DNA of 64,000 nucleotides from the human T2T-CHM13v2.0 reference genome, Homo sapiens (GCF_009914755.1 NC_060940.1), one strand, 5' to 3'; positions 45,536 through 60,508 are shown, counted from the stretch's first letter. Made by a program: numbers and translations. The notes: generated by a model from the letters alone, not told the origin.

Positions 45536-46551
45536 GTAAGGCCCCTGGGCAGGCCTGTTTTAGCTCTCCGAACCTCAGTTTTTCTATCTGTAAAATGGGG
45601 TGACGGGAGAGAGGAATGGCAGAATTTTGAGGATCCCTTCTGATTCTGACATTCAGTGAGAATGATTCTGCATGTGAAGGATCTGATTCTCTGTCTAAGA
45701 AAGAAGTCTTTACCTCTTTAAGTAGGGAGCAATGATTTCATTTTTAAACCTTGACTATTTATTCAGCAACTTCTCTGCTCTATGAGATAGTGTAGGAATG
45801 GGGATGTGGTTGAAGAATGAAAAGAAAAGTCAGCTCCCGCCCTCCTAGAAATTGCATCTGCCTTCACAGGTCAAGGATATTGGATCAGACCTTCTGCGGT
45901 TCTGAATGGAGATTACACAGGTTAGGAGCAGGTTGCACAGTGTTTCCAATTCTCTATAATTAAAGCCATAGACTTTCATGTATTGAAAAAAGCAAGAATT
46001 GCATTCTTGACAGATTCTTTCATTGCCTTAAAAAGAATGACTAGCCTTGGGAGTCTGGGCAGCTGGGTCCAGTGTTGTAGACTTTCTCTCTGCTGAGCCA
46101 CAGCTTCAAAGATTTGTCCTTCTTGTTTCCAGGGATCTATTTCTCAGACAATAAGTAAAGGCTTTCCCTGGCCTAATGTGCTGTAAGTGAATGCTACTAT
46201 ATATGTTCCAGGCACTGGGCTAGAGACTAATATTTAAAAGCCAGGAAATTTCCTATAGAAAATCTATATCTCAGGGTTTTCTCAAAAGAGCTGGGAACTC
46301 TGGATGCCCATTCATGATTCCAGTAGTTAACCAGAGTACAAGAAGGGCTGAGTCTTCTCAGATGGGCAAACCCACTCTGGCTGACTGCAGATCCACCAAG
46401 CCTATTGTCTTAGACCAGGACCCTTTGGCAACTCATTCCCATAAGCCTGTGACCCTTGCTTTAAATATGCAGGCCTTGTCTTCTCTCAAAAAGCACATCA
46501 AGGCTGCAGCGAATGCAGATATCAAATGATGAAGTTAAAAACAAAAGCTTT

Positions 46552-46815
46552 GCTGGGCGTGGCAGCTCACACCTGTAATCCTAGCACTTTGGGAGGCTGA
46601 GGCAGGAGGATCACTTTAGGCCAGAGGTTCAACACCAGACCTTGTCTCTCAAAAAATAAAAAATTCAGCTGGGTGCGGTGTAGTTCCTAGCCACTTGGGA
46701 GGCTGGGATGGAAGGATCCCTTGAACCCAGGAGTTCAAGGCTGCAGTGGGCCATGATTGCATCACTGCACAGGCGACAGAATTAGATCCCATCTCTTAAA
46801 AAAATAAAAAATTTA
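46552..46815 (+). mobile_element. AluJ-like
   Basis: Diverged Alu with small deletions. Confidence 0.85.
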
Positions 46816-47324
46816 AAAGTGACTTCAAAAATCTATGCTGTGATGGAGAGATTTTTCCTTCTGTATGATTGTGATAGCTCTGTGGCCTATGACGTCATCA
46901 GGTTCTGGGCAAAGTGTAGGTTTTCTGTTTCTTTGTTTTTGAAACCATTGCACAGTCCTAAGAAACATCACATTCTGGGTCCTGGGCACCAGCCAACATG
47001 AGGTTGATATTTTAAGGGGTCTGATGTTATTTGCTGCCTGTTGATGGAACTTGGGAGGGCACCAGGGTTTGCTCATTGCATTCTTGACAGATTCTCTTAT
47101 TGCCTTAAAAAGAATCACTGGCCTTGGGGAGTCTGTGGCTGGCTGGGTGCAGTGTTGTGGACTCTCTCTGCAGAGTCATGGAGCCTTGTTCAGAATGCTT
47201 CCTGAGCTGCCCTGGTTGGCCAAGGGTAAAAACAGCCCTGACTTCCCTGCAAGAAACACTGCAGCTGGGCCAGAGAGTCAGCCCATCCCAGGCATGGGTT
47301 TAAAAAGTGGAGGCTTTTGTTTGA

Positions 47325-47453
<129 letters not shown>

Positions 47454-48689
47454 AGTCTCCGGGAGGATGTTCGTCTCAGTTTGTTTGTGAGCAGGCTGTG
47501 AGTTTGGGCCCCAGAGGCTGGGTGACATGTGTTGGCAGCCTCTTCAAAATGAGCCCTGTCCTGCCTAAGGCTGAACTTGTTTTCTGGGAACACCATAGGT
47601 CACCTTTATTCTGGCAGAGGAGGGAGCATCAGTGCCCTCCAGGATAGACTTTTCCCAAGCCTACTTTTGCCATTGACTTCTTCCCAAGATTCAATCCCAG
47701 GATGTACAAGGACAGCCCCTCCTCCATAGTATGGGACTGGCCTCTGCTGATCCTCCCAGGCTTCCGTGTGGGTCAGTGGGGCCCATGGATGTGCTTGTTA
47801 ACTGAGTGCCTTTTGGTGGAGAGGCCCGGCCTCTCACAAAAGACCCCTTACCACTGCTCTGATGAAGAGGAGTACACAGAACACATAATTCAGGAAGCAG
47901 CTTTCCCCATGTCTCGACTCATCCATCCAGGCCATTCCCCGTCTCTGGTTCCTCCCCTCCTCCTGGACTCCTGCACACGCTCCTTCCTCTGAGGCTGAAA
48001 TTCAGAATATTAGTGACCTCAGCTTTGATATTTCACTTACAGCACCCCCAACCCTGGCACCCAGGGTGGGAAGGGCTACACCTTAGCCTGCCCTCCTTTC
48101 CGGTGTTTAAGACATTTTTGGAAGGGGACACGTGACAGCCGTTTGTTCCCCAAGACATTCTAGGTTTGCAAGAAAAATATGACCACACTCCAGCTGGGAT
48201 CACATGTGGACTTTTATTTCCAGTGAAATCAGTTACTCTTCAGTTAAGCCTTTGGAAACAGCTCGACTTTAAAAAGCTCCAAATGCAGCTTTAAAAAATT
48301 AATCTGGGCCAGAATTTCAAACGGCCTCACTAGGCTTCTGGTTGATGCCTGTGAACTGAACTCTGACAACAGACTTCTGAAATAGACCCACAAGAGGCAG
48401 TTCCATTTCATTTGTGCCAGAATGCTTTAGGATGTACAGTTATGGATTGAAAGTTTACAGGAAAAAAAATTAGGCCGTTCCTTCAAAGCAAATGTCTTCC
48501 TGGATTATTCAAAATGATGTATGTTGAAGCCTTTGTAAATTGTCAGATGCTGTGCAAATGTTATTATTTTAAACATTATGATGTGTGAAAACTGGTTAAT
48601 ATTTATAGGTCACTTTGTTTTACTGTCTTAAGTTTATACTCTTATAGACAACATGGCCGTGAACTTTATGCTGTAAATAATCAGAGGGG

Positions 48690-48695
48690 AATAAA
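48690..48695 (+). terminator. NOD2: NOD2 polyadenylation signal
   Basis: AATAAA ending a 3' UTR of about 1.25 kb. Confidence 0.8.
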
Positions 48696-48748
48696 CTGTT
48701 GAGTCAAAACAGCCATCTTCCTTGTGACCAAACATTTAAAAATATTCT

Positions 48749-48975
48749 GGCTGGGCACAGTGGCTCACGCCTGTAATCCCAGCACTTTGGGAGGCCGAGG
48801 TGGGCAGATCACCTGAGGTTGGGGGTTTGAGACCAACCTGACCAACATGGAGAAACCCTGTCTCTACTAAAAATAGTGGAGGTTGCAGTGAGCCAAGATC
48901 ACACCGTTGTCCTCCAGCCTGGGCAACAAGAGTGGAACTCCATCTCAAATAAATAAAGAAAATAAAAAATAAAAA
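48749..48975 (+). mobile_element. Alu with a large internal deletion
   Basis: CTACTAAAAATA joined to GTGGAGGTTGCAGTGAG. Confidence 0.88.
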
Positions 48976-49632
48976 TATTACTAAAACTTGTCAAATTTTA
49001 AAGCACAATTTTCTACTTGAAGCGGAGGAAAATGATGTTTTCAACCCGATAATGTATAGCTTAAGGCAAAAGCAATTCTTAGAAAATAGCCAGGCAATCA
49101 AAACACTTTTGGCTTCAGTTTAGAAAAGTTTAACCCCGTGAAGTTTTCAGCTGTGCAGGAGCCTCCCCGTACCCAGCCTAAAAGGCTGCAACACATGTGA
49201 AAAGGCCCCTTGGCCCCCCTCGATTCCCTCAAAGTGGCTCCAGGAGTCTTTAACAGAAGGATGGAGAAGGTTTACTTATGGCTGGCTCTCCACAGCGAGC
49301 AGCCTCTCATGCAGGCCTTGTGTTAAAATAGTGCTTAGCTGCGTTTAATAAGCAAGGGATCAGGTGGTCACCCAGCAAGGTAAAATCCTACTTCCTTGAA
49401 AGGTTTTGCGTCTGGCTGACTCGGTGGTGTGGCATCTCCCTGGACCCTGCATGGGAGTGTGTCTATGGGTTTTCTTTGTGATTGGTGCCCTGTTCTGCCC
49501 AGACCATTGTTTCTGATACAGCAGATCAGGAGGAAGGTGGTGTTGAGTCTCCTTTCGCTGAGGAGTACACACAGCAGCCCATTTGCATAGCACTGTATTG
49601 GGTTGTCAGTTTGTCATCTTTAAATTCATTCA

Positions 49633-49959
<327 letters not shown>

Positions 49960-50025
49960 TTATTAACCAGTTATATTAGGATGACCAGTGGATTGACAAA
50001 ACAGACATGGTCCTCAAGGTGCTTA

Positions 50026-50511
<486 letters not shown>

Positions 50512-50569
50512 CTAGTAATGGGGGACAAGAGGTACAAAGACCCTGGTGAGGGAAGGAGCGTGGTATGCA

Positions 50570-51039
50570 TGGTAGGCTCAATAGTCACTCCCGAACATAT
50601 GTAGATCCTAATCCCCGGGACCTGGGAATGTTGCCTTACCTGGCAAAAGGGACTTTGGAGGTGGGATTCAGTTAAGGGTCTTGAGATGGGAAGATCATCT
50701 TGGATTACCTGGGTGGGTCTTAAATGCAATCGCAGTTTCCTTATAAGAGAAATTTAAAGGACAATGTAAAGCAAAGGGAAATATGACACTGGAGAAGAAA
50801 GAAATGTGATCACCAAGTAAGATGCTACACTGCTGGCTCTGAAGGTGGAGGAAGGCGCCATGAGCCAAGGATTGCAGCTCTAGAAGCCAAAGAAGACCAA
50901 GAAATAGATTCTCCCCTAGAACCTCTGCAAGCAGCATAGCCCTGCCTGCCTTGGCTCCAGCCCATTTTGGACTTCTGGCTTCCACGACTATAAGGGGATA
51001 ATTTGTGTCATTTCCTGCAGCAGCCATAGGAAACTAATA
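50570..51039 (+). mobile_element. MLT1 (MaLR) LTR
   Basis: CCTAATCCCCGGGACCTGGGAATGTTGCCTTAC...GCAGCCATAGGAAACTAATACA. Confidence 0.8.
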
Positions 51040-54000
51040 CACTATGTTGGAGGCAAGCTAAGGGAAAGGTGTCACTAGATGGGTTTGCAGAGGTAGGTAG
51101 GACCAGTTCAGGAAAGGTCTCACTGGCCACAGTCAAGAGTTTGGTCTTGATCTTGGAATAATGTCAAGGCCTTGGAAAGTTCTAAGCAGGGGAGATGTGA
51201 ACCAATTTACAGTTAAAGAAGATCTTGTTTGCTTCTGGGTGGAGATAGGACAGGAATATGTAGGGGTGGGGATGGGAGGCAGAAGAAGTGGGGAGGCTGC
51301 CTCAGAGCTATTGCAGGTGAGAGGCGGTTGGCAGTGGAGGTGGAGAGAAGAGGATGGATTCCAGAGACATTTTGGAGGTAGATTCCCAAGAGCCTACGAA
51401 TGGGTTGGATGGGAGGGATGAGGGAATGGCAAACATCAAGGATGACTCATAGATTTCTGACTTGAGAAACTGGGGGCCTGGGAAAGTTGGGTAGGAAACC
51501 AGTTTGGAAGTGGGAGGGAGTTCTGTTTTGAATTGTCAAGTTTGAGACACCGAAATGGGGAAGTTAAGTGGAGACGTCAAAAGATGGTGTGAATTTGGAG
51601 CTCGTGGGAAAGGTCACAGCCAGAGATAATAGCGTGGGTGTCCTCAGTGTCAAACTGAGAATGGGGCCCTCGAGTCTGGATGACATGAGCTAGAAAGAGA
51701 TTATGGAGAAAGAAGAGGTCAAGAGGGTCTAGGTAAGATGGTACTGAGATCTTGATATGTGATTCCTGGTAGAGTTCAGAGTAGGAGAAATTCCCTAATT
51801 TTCAAAAGTCCAGCGGATACCACCAAAAGCCTCCTGGGCCTGTGTAGGGAACTAGGGAAGTAGGATTCTTGATTGTAAGCTTCTCTGATAGGGAAGTTAC
51901 CTGAAAGGTACATGCTCATGGCCAGAAGTTTATCCATGAGCAGACGGATTCCAGTTTTGCAGCTAAGAATACATAATTCTTATGCACAGAAAAACAACGT
52001 ATTAGAGCAGAATTTTAAAAACAGCCTCAGACTTTCATAATATTCATCATCATCCTGGAAGAAAAAGGATGCCAGTCTGAGGGCCCTTCCCTCCCCATAG
52101 CACCAAACAAAAAGCTGAAATGAATACACCCCACAGAAATGTGAGAGTTGGAGTCATATTCCAAGTGGCTGAGCTGAGACTAGCGCTTCATTCCATTGTT
52201 GTACCAGGACAGCTTCAAGCCTCCTTATTCACTCCGGTGAGTGGTCCAGCCCAGTGTGTGAAGTGCCCAGTACTCAGGGCAATGCCTGGAAGTGCCCGGG
52301 CACGAGAGGATGTGCTGCCTCGGGCCCTAGGTGGAGGGTTCCAGGTGAGCTGTAAGGTCATAAAGGACATTTCCCCTGGAGAATCGCAGGCGGAGATCGC
52401 AGCAGGGAAGACTGGCAATCCAGGCTCTTTGATTGGCTTCCCTTGGATCGTTTTTTTCCCTGTAAATTTAATCCCAACCTATTATTATTTCCTGAACAAT
52501 CCACAGATCCAGTCCCCTAAGCATCACCACTCCCCTGATCACTCACCCTGAAAATGCTTCTTTTCAGGAGTGCTACATCTCTTTCTGCTTTGTAACAACT
52601 TCTCGATATCTTCAGTTCCACATCCCCCTGCACCCCTCCCTCTCACCTGCTCTGCCTCCACCCCCAGGAAACAAGGGGGTCCCTTTGGGATCCATCCTTG
52701 CCTGGGTTACTGCATCAGTCTCCCTGTTACTGACTTTGACCTGAGGCATGAACCTATTAAAACATAAGTCAGATCAGCTACTGCTCTGATGTAAACCCTC
52801 CAGGACTTCTTGTTGGTGCAGGGTAAAAGGTAAGGTCTCATCTGACTTGGACCCCCTGTATCCTCTCTGGCCTCCCCTTTGCCACTCACACCTGTTCTCT
52901 GGGCTCCAACCTCACTGGCTTCTTTGCTGTTCCCTGAGCATACCAGGCACATTGCTGAGGACACCAGGCACATTGCTGCTTCCAGACCTCTGCACTCGCC
53001 TTTCCCCTCCTATGGGAACACTGTTCCCTGAGACAGTGGTGTGGTTGGCTTCTTCATTTCCTTCCAGTCTTAGTTCAAATGCCACCTACATGAGGTAGTC
53101 CTTCCCTGAACAATCTACCTAAATAGCAGTTTCCAGCCACTGCCTGCCTTCCTTTGTATTGTCTTCTCTGCATGAACTACCTGATGCATGGTCATTTTTC
53201 CCCTCCCCTAGAATGTCAGCTTCTTGAGAACAGGAACCACGCTCACTGCAGTGTCCTCAGAGTCTACAAAGGTGCCTAGCACATAGTAGGTGCTCAATAC
53301 ATATTTGTTGAATGAAGGAAGGATCCACTTTCTTTATTAAAGGGGGCAGAAAATAGAAGTTGGGGCAGCTTATAAGAATGAGTCACCCTTTTTCTGACAT
53401 CATTTGTGTCTCCTTGGTAAAGGAGGAAGATTCCCTGGGACATGGAACAATCCCTAATGCATCAACTGCCCAAAATGGGATCCAGATGTAGCAGAAAGTT
53501 CCCTTTAATAAAGAGCTTTCTGTGTGTGTTTTAAAAATCAAACATAGAAATTATTTGTCATTGATACCAGCAAATAGCTCAAATGGGAGAGCATGGATTT
53601 ATAGTTCGGCTGGATTAGTTTAAAGATGATTAAAGTAATCCCCTTTATCTTATCAAAAAGAGCTTTTAGGTGGTCAGAGTAAAAGTCCTCAGACAGAATG
53701 TTCAGTTGCACTTGGAATTTCCCTTCCCTAAGAGATAAGCACATCTCAGAGATGGAAGACCTCAGCCCGTTATCCATGGATCAAAACACTGTGCTGGGCT
53801 ACTGTGGAGAAAGCGCCTGTGACGTATCCTTGCTTGTGCGGATACCTGGTCCAGTTAGCCACTTGGCCTGGTGTTCATTCTGAATGCCCATATTCACAGG
53901 ATTAGTGGGAAAATGGCTGGAACCATGGGAGGTTGGATGGACATCTGGGAGTTGCCATTTACTAAGATGGGGAGTGCAGAGGGATTGCAGGGGGTGGTGG

Positions 54001-54344
54001 TGGTGAATATCAGGAGTTCGCTTTTGGCTGTGTTGAGTGGAGATGCTGAGAAGGCAGTAGGATATAAAAGAGACACCAAATTTGGAGAGACTGCAAGTAG
54101 GAGGTACCCCGTGGTAGGCACTGGGAAGCATGGAGCAGGGTCTAGTCAATAATCATGACCGGTGCCACTGAGCAGGTTCCCTTGAGTCCTGACGGTGTGT
54201 TACTCTATGTCCCATGCCCCTAGCAGGCTACCTGGAGTTCACCGTCCTCCGTGGGGAAAGCTCCATTCAATTCAATAGCTTTATGTTAGGGTCCCGCTGT
54301 GTGCAATGAGAGAACTACATAAGACAGCTTAGAATCAGTGTTAG

Positions 54345-54650
<306 letters not shown>

Positions 54651-55628
54651 AGAACCAGTGTTATGTTCCCTGCAAAACCCTTCACAACTTCCCATTGCTC
54701 TTGGGATGGAGAACAACCCCTGTCCTTGGCTCCCAAGGCTCTTTTGTGCCTTCATTGTCTGCGCTCTGCCTCTTCCAGTTTCTTCAACAGGTCATGCACT
54801 TTCCTGTTTCCTATTTCTGGAGTGTTCCCCCTCACTCCTGCCTGCCAGTTATCTTTCCCATCTCATCTCAAAGGTGACTTCCTCAAACAGGCCTTCCCTG
54901 AGTGGCCAACCTCCCTTTAGGCATGCTCAGAGAGATTCTTCTTCTGAGGCTTACCACAGCCATAATTAAGTAAGTGATCATCTAATGAGTATTTTAGTTT
55001 GCCTTTTTTTTTTTTTTTTTTTTTGCCAGAGGGAGTGTGGCATCTCTCTTGTACACTGCTATGTTTCCTGGAACCTGCTCAGTAACACAACCGCTAGTTC
55101 CATGAACCCAGGACCAGGCTGGATGGAAGAGGCTGTGGGGTGGTGGATTGAGAGAGGTCATTAGTGAGGGCTGGAGCCCTCTGTGAAGACATGTCTGTAA
55201 AGGACTTTGACTAGGTCCTCCATGAAGGGAGGATTTGGAAGGCAGAGATGATGAGCATTTCAGTTGGGGAATCCATTTTAACAGAGGTGGAAAGAGTCTT
55301 GGCTTGGAATCAGGGTCTCGGCCCATCTCCTGAGTGACAGGGGCTTGTAATTTACTGTCTTTGGGCCTTCATCTACTACCTGTAAAATGAGAGGCTGGTT
55401 CACCAAGGACTGCAAATAATAGCACCATGACACTATCTCCCCATCTTATCCCCTGGCAGATATCTCTCTTCCCGGTGAGCCTGAATATAAGTTCAGAATT
55501 AGCTTTAACGCAATGTTCTAAGCAGCCATTCCCAATTGATAGGAAATGATAATTGAGATAAGCCCCATTTGTCAGGCTTGACTTGGATGAAGATCCCTTA
55601 GATGAAGTCAGGCCCCGGCACTGATTCA

Positions 55629-56234
<606 letters not shown>

Positions 56235-56661
56235 TTATCGTATGGGTTAGGCAAAAACAAATTTCAGCTGAAATTTTCTTCCAGACAGTTGGACTGTGAC
56301 CTCTGAGTCCTACCAGCTTTGTTGGAGAATCCAGATGTAGATGAGAACGGTGTTGCCTAAGGCCACACTTCAAGCCAGGCCCGTTGATTTCCAACTTATG
56401 GCTTCCTACAGCAGTGTGGTCATGAAGCCTGGAAAACAGGAAGATAGGAGTGACAAAAGAGGGACAGGAGTAGAATGAGGCTTAGGTTTTCAAAAGATGC
56501 TCATTTCATTTTGGATGACTATGGCAAGGAAGAGTGGTGGCCTGTCTACTGCTACTGTTAGTCATCACTCATGTGACTGTTTTTATGTATTCATTGGTTT
56601 AAATTCCCTGGATCTCCAGAAACATGTCACTTTCCACTGGGGGAAATTTGTGTCATGATTA

Positions 56662-56664
<3 letters not shown>

Positions 56665-56707
<43 letters not shown>
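56665..56707. repeat. (AC)n microsatellite
   Basis: About 21 AC units. Confidence 0.95.
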
Positions 56708-56708
<1 letters not shown>

Positions 56709-57689
56709 CTCCTCCTTTCTCAGTGTTAATCACCTTCTCCTATAATTAGCACTTAAAATGTCAAAGGAGAAGAAATTAATTAACAGGAGTATCCAGTGCA
56801 GCAAGGCTCTAGGACTGATTATAAAAAGCACTTCCTTAAATATTTTGAGTGCTTTTGGGAATCAGAAGCCTCCCTTCTAATTGAAAGATCCTTAACTACA
56901 CCCTAAGTCCTGGCTGGTGGCCAGGGGTGCGGGGCTGAGTGAGGCGGCGTGTGGAAATCCCTTCTTCACCATCCTTGGGAAAATTCCCTCCAAACTGGGA
57001 TAGGTGGCAACAGAGGTTCGGAAACAGCAAGCGTCCCAGGCTGAATCTGCGGAGGAGGAAGAGATGAACCTTTCCTGAGCTGGTACTGCGTGCCAGGAAC
57101 TTTAGCTCGGTATTTTGCCACAATCCTGTAAGACAACCGATACTATGATCTCCATTTTACAGATGAGGACATTGAGGCTCAGCGTGGTTGTGACTTCCTC
57201 AGGTCACGCAGCCACTGAATGAAAGCGCCAAAGATTCAAACTGAGGTCTGATTCTAAAGCTTTGCTCTCTCACGGCATCCTGGAATCCTATTTCAACCTT
57301 CATCTGGACTCTTAACCCAGCCCAAACCTAAGCGTCTACAGTTTTGACAGCTGAGGCGGGAGCACGGGAGGCGGAGCTGGTGGCAGCGCAGCGCCCCGCC
57401 CGGCTCCAGCATCAGCCAATGGTGACGCGGCACCCACAGCCTTTCGCCCAATCAGCTTGAGCTTCCCGCCTCCATCCGCCGCTCTTCTCTGCCCCGCCCC
57501 TTCGCTTTCCCTTTGGTTCCACCGAGCTTGACAGAGCGGAAAGTCCCTTCGGCCGGCGCCGGGCTGGCAGCCATTGGAGGAAGGTCTGTCACAGGGAGGC
57601 CCAATCACGGCCCGCTCAGGAGCGCAGCTCGGCCTACGATTGGCTAGCGCGGCGGCTGCCCCCTCCGCCCCCGCTCCCTCCCTCTTCCC

Positions 57690-57765
57690 TGTGCGGTTCG
57701 GAGGCGGGGCAGGTGGGGGCGGGCCCAGGTAGCAGGTTTGGCTGCGCGGGGGCCGCGCGTCGGAG
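57690..57765 (+). other. CYLD: CYLD non-coding exon 1 (5' end approximate; alternative donor GAG|GTTAGT at 57858)
   Basis: Matches the recalled CYLD mRNA 5' end GGGCCCAGGTAGCAGGTTTGGCTGCGCG...CGGAG; donor GTAAAT 57766. Confidence 0.8.
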
Positions 57766-57945
57766 GTAAATACTAGGGCGGTGGGTGTGGGGAGCCGGGG
57801 CCGGCCCGGGACGCGGGCTGGGGAGCCGGGGCGAGGGGCGACGCCCCGCCGCCCGAGGTTAGTGAATGAGCGGGCGGCTGGCGGCCGGCGGGCGGCCGGA
57901 TCCCCTCGGCGCAGCCGCCTGGCCTCAGGGCGTCCGGAGCCGCCG

Positions 57946-58018
57946 CGGCGACCATCGGGCCCTCGGCGCCGGCCCGTTAGTTGCCCGGGCCCGAGCCGGC
58001 CGGGCCCGCGGGTTGCCG
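57946..58018 (+). ncRNA. MIR3181: MIR3181 precursor hairpin
   Basis: CGGCGACCATCGGGCCCTCGGCGCCGG...GGGCCCGCGGGTTGCCG with self-complementary ends; matches recalled hsa-mir-3181. Confidence 0.75.
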
Positions 58019-58403
58019 AGCCCGCTGACGTCAGCCCGGGTTTCCCCCCCGCACCGGGGCTTCCCCATCCCCCGAGGCTTCCCGGGAGGGCTGCGAGTCC
58101 GGGGAGCGTGCGGGGTCGCCACCATCGGGACCCCCAGAGGAGAGAGGACTTGGGGCGGGAGCCGCGCGGGACGCTGTCCCCCTCCCGCCCCCCCACCCCA
58201 TTTACAGATTGGGAGACTGAGGCACAGGCCGCTGGCGGGCCCCGACGGCCACGGTTGGCCTCAGGAGCCCGGGGCTGTGATTCCTACCGACCGCGCCGCG
58301 GGGCGTACGTACCGATCGATTTTGCGGGTGTTGGTGGCTCCCGTCCAGGAATGGCAGTCGGGGTTCTGGCCTTGTTAATGGCGTGTTCTGCTTTTTCTTT
58401 CAG

Positions 58404-58483
58404 TTTCCCCCTTTCTAGGGTGAGGATGGTTCTACACAGCCACCCGGAGTTCCTTAGTTGAAAGGTGCGCCCTGCTGTGACAG
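58404..58483 (+). other. CYLD: CYLD non-coding exon 2
   Basis: Polypyrimidine tract + CAG 58403; donor CAG|GTATTC 58484. Confidence 0.85.
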
Positions 58484-60371
58484 GTATTCTTTCTTTATGT
58501 TTTTCTTTCATGTTAACAATCGAGGGGGGTGGGGGGCGAATGGGGGGCGGGGGCGAAGTCATGAAATCTTCAGGAGATGGTGTTGAGTTTGGTACTCAGC
58601 TGGGTCAGCTGCCGGTTATTCATGTACTTGGCATCGTTTCTCTTCCACCCCTTGGCATTTGAATGTTTTAGGATAGTTGTCATCTTCCAGCCACCAAGCC
58701 TGTGGCCTTGCAGTCTCCCAGCCCCCATCATCCCTGCCACCTTCTTCTCCTCAATTTTTCCTGGAAAGTTTTATCCTTAGCTCAGCTAAGGAGCATGCCT
58801 ACCTTGCTTTTGAATTCGGGCTAATTAGGGATCTTAATAAGATTGTTCATTTTGCAATCATTGGCTCTCAGAGAAGCACCCAGGCCTTGAGAGGGTGTTC
58901 GTTTGATTGTTGGCTTTCTACACACCCCCTCACGCCCCAAGTAGACTGAATGGCCTTAAGAATTTAGCCTCCCATTCCCCACTGAGCAGTAGGTGGATTT
59001 GAACTAGAACAGTATTAGGAGAAAATGATTTGCTGGAAATTCTTATTGAAGTAACACCCAGAACATTCTCTAATATTCTGCTGCAAAATTGTATAGTATT
59101 CTTGCAAATAAACCTTCCTCTGGGTGGTAACTTTTGTGAGAAGCAGATAAGGCTTGTTATATAAAGCACAACTAACATTAAGCAGCAATGATTTTTATAG
59201 TCTGGCACACCTAAACTGTGGTTTTGTTTGATTTAAGGAAGTCTCCAACACAGGGAGAGAGAAAGGAATAGTTATGTTGTTTATCAAACTATTAGTATTT
59301 TGTTCCTGATTTTCACACTATGATTTAAATTAGTTTTTTTTTCATTGGTTGTACAGAATTTATAAGCATCATACATGCTAGTTGAGGCTGTAGGAAGCTA
59401 GTATCAAATAAACCTCAAAACAACTTGGTTTCGTAATTGTGAAATTTTCCGTATTTGTTTCTTCTTATATGTATAACAATGAAGTGGTTTAGCATGATTT
59501 CATTTTATCTAGAGAATTACTGAAGTTTTAGGCAAAATTCATTAAATACTCCCAATTCCTGAGTCTTTTTCTCTTCTCTTTCTCTTGGTTTAATCCCTTA
59601 AACAGGAGGAGGAAATGCAATTTTGTTTTCACTGTTACCACTTGAGTCTTTCATTCATTTCTCTGTATTCAGTGCCTAGCATATGCCAGGCTCTCGTGTG
59701 GGCACTGGATAATATAAAAATGAAGGACTTGGGGAATTCACAGTTTGGCAGTGGAGTGGCTAGGTTTAACACTAGAGAGGCAGCAGTATTCCTTGTTCCA
59801 GTGGGAATATGCAGATGTGAGAGGCTCTTCTTTTCTTTTTTTTTTTTAACCTTATAAATCCCACTTGTATTAGGGACTGTGTACTTGTGACACAAATTAG
59901 TCATTGAGGAAAATTAAAACGGACTCAGTCTTTTTTCTGGCCACGGAATCTCTGTATCTCTATTCTTTAGCTGTTTAGAAATATAACAACTTTGTCTTTT
60001 AGTGAGAGATGTTCTCTTTTAAAAGGATGATCATTCTAGCTATCCAGAAGCTTTTGGAAAAAGGCCCACATGTCTTCTTTCTTTGGTGTTCAAGCTGACC
60101 TTCCTACCTCTTTGCCATTTATAATTAGGGGCAGAATTAAGTATTGTAAGTTTTATTCTAATTTAAATAGCTTCCTGTGGTTTTTAGAACAAGCAGGATA
60201 TCTTTGGAGATGCAAAAAGCTCTTGAATTGGATCTGTCTTTGTGAGATCCTTATGAACAATATAACCTGATAACTTGAGAATCAGAAAAACACTGCATCT
60301 TCTGGATAAGTTAACCATTGTTAGTTTTCTGTAGCTACTGATGTTCATTTGTACTATATGTTGCCTTTCAG

Positions 60372-60508
60372 AATGTGGTAATTGTAATCTTTAACATTTT
60401 CATGTAAAACATATTTCCTGATCATCTTTCCATTGTCTTCATGGAAAATTGATAAATATTTGTGCCTTCCAACTCTCGTCTTGGTTGAATGACTTCATCT
60501 TAATACAA
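60372..60508 (+). other. CYLD: CYLD non-coding exon 3
   Basis: Acceptor TTTCAG 60371; donor CAA|GTAAGT 60509; matches recalled CYLD 5' UTR. Confidence 0.82.

Larger units (their letters stand above)
57330..58340 (+). promoter_or_regulatory. CYLD: CYLD CpG-island promoter
   Basis: CpG-dense; several CCAAT/ATTGG boxes (57416-57643); GC boxes; kB site GGAAAGTCCC 57538-57547; CRE TGACGTCA 58026-58033. Confidence 0.9.

Noticed and set aside
57336-58461. 170-286-aa ORFs across the CYLD promoter
   Set aside because: GC-rich CpG-island artefacts; only the final 11-aa uORF lies in a spliced exon
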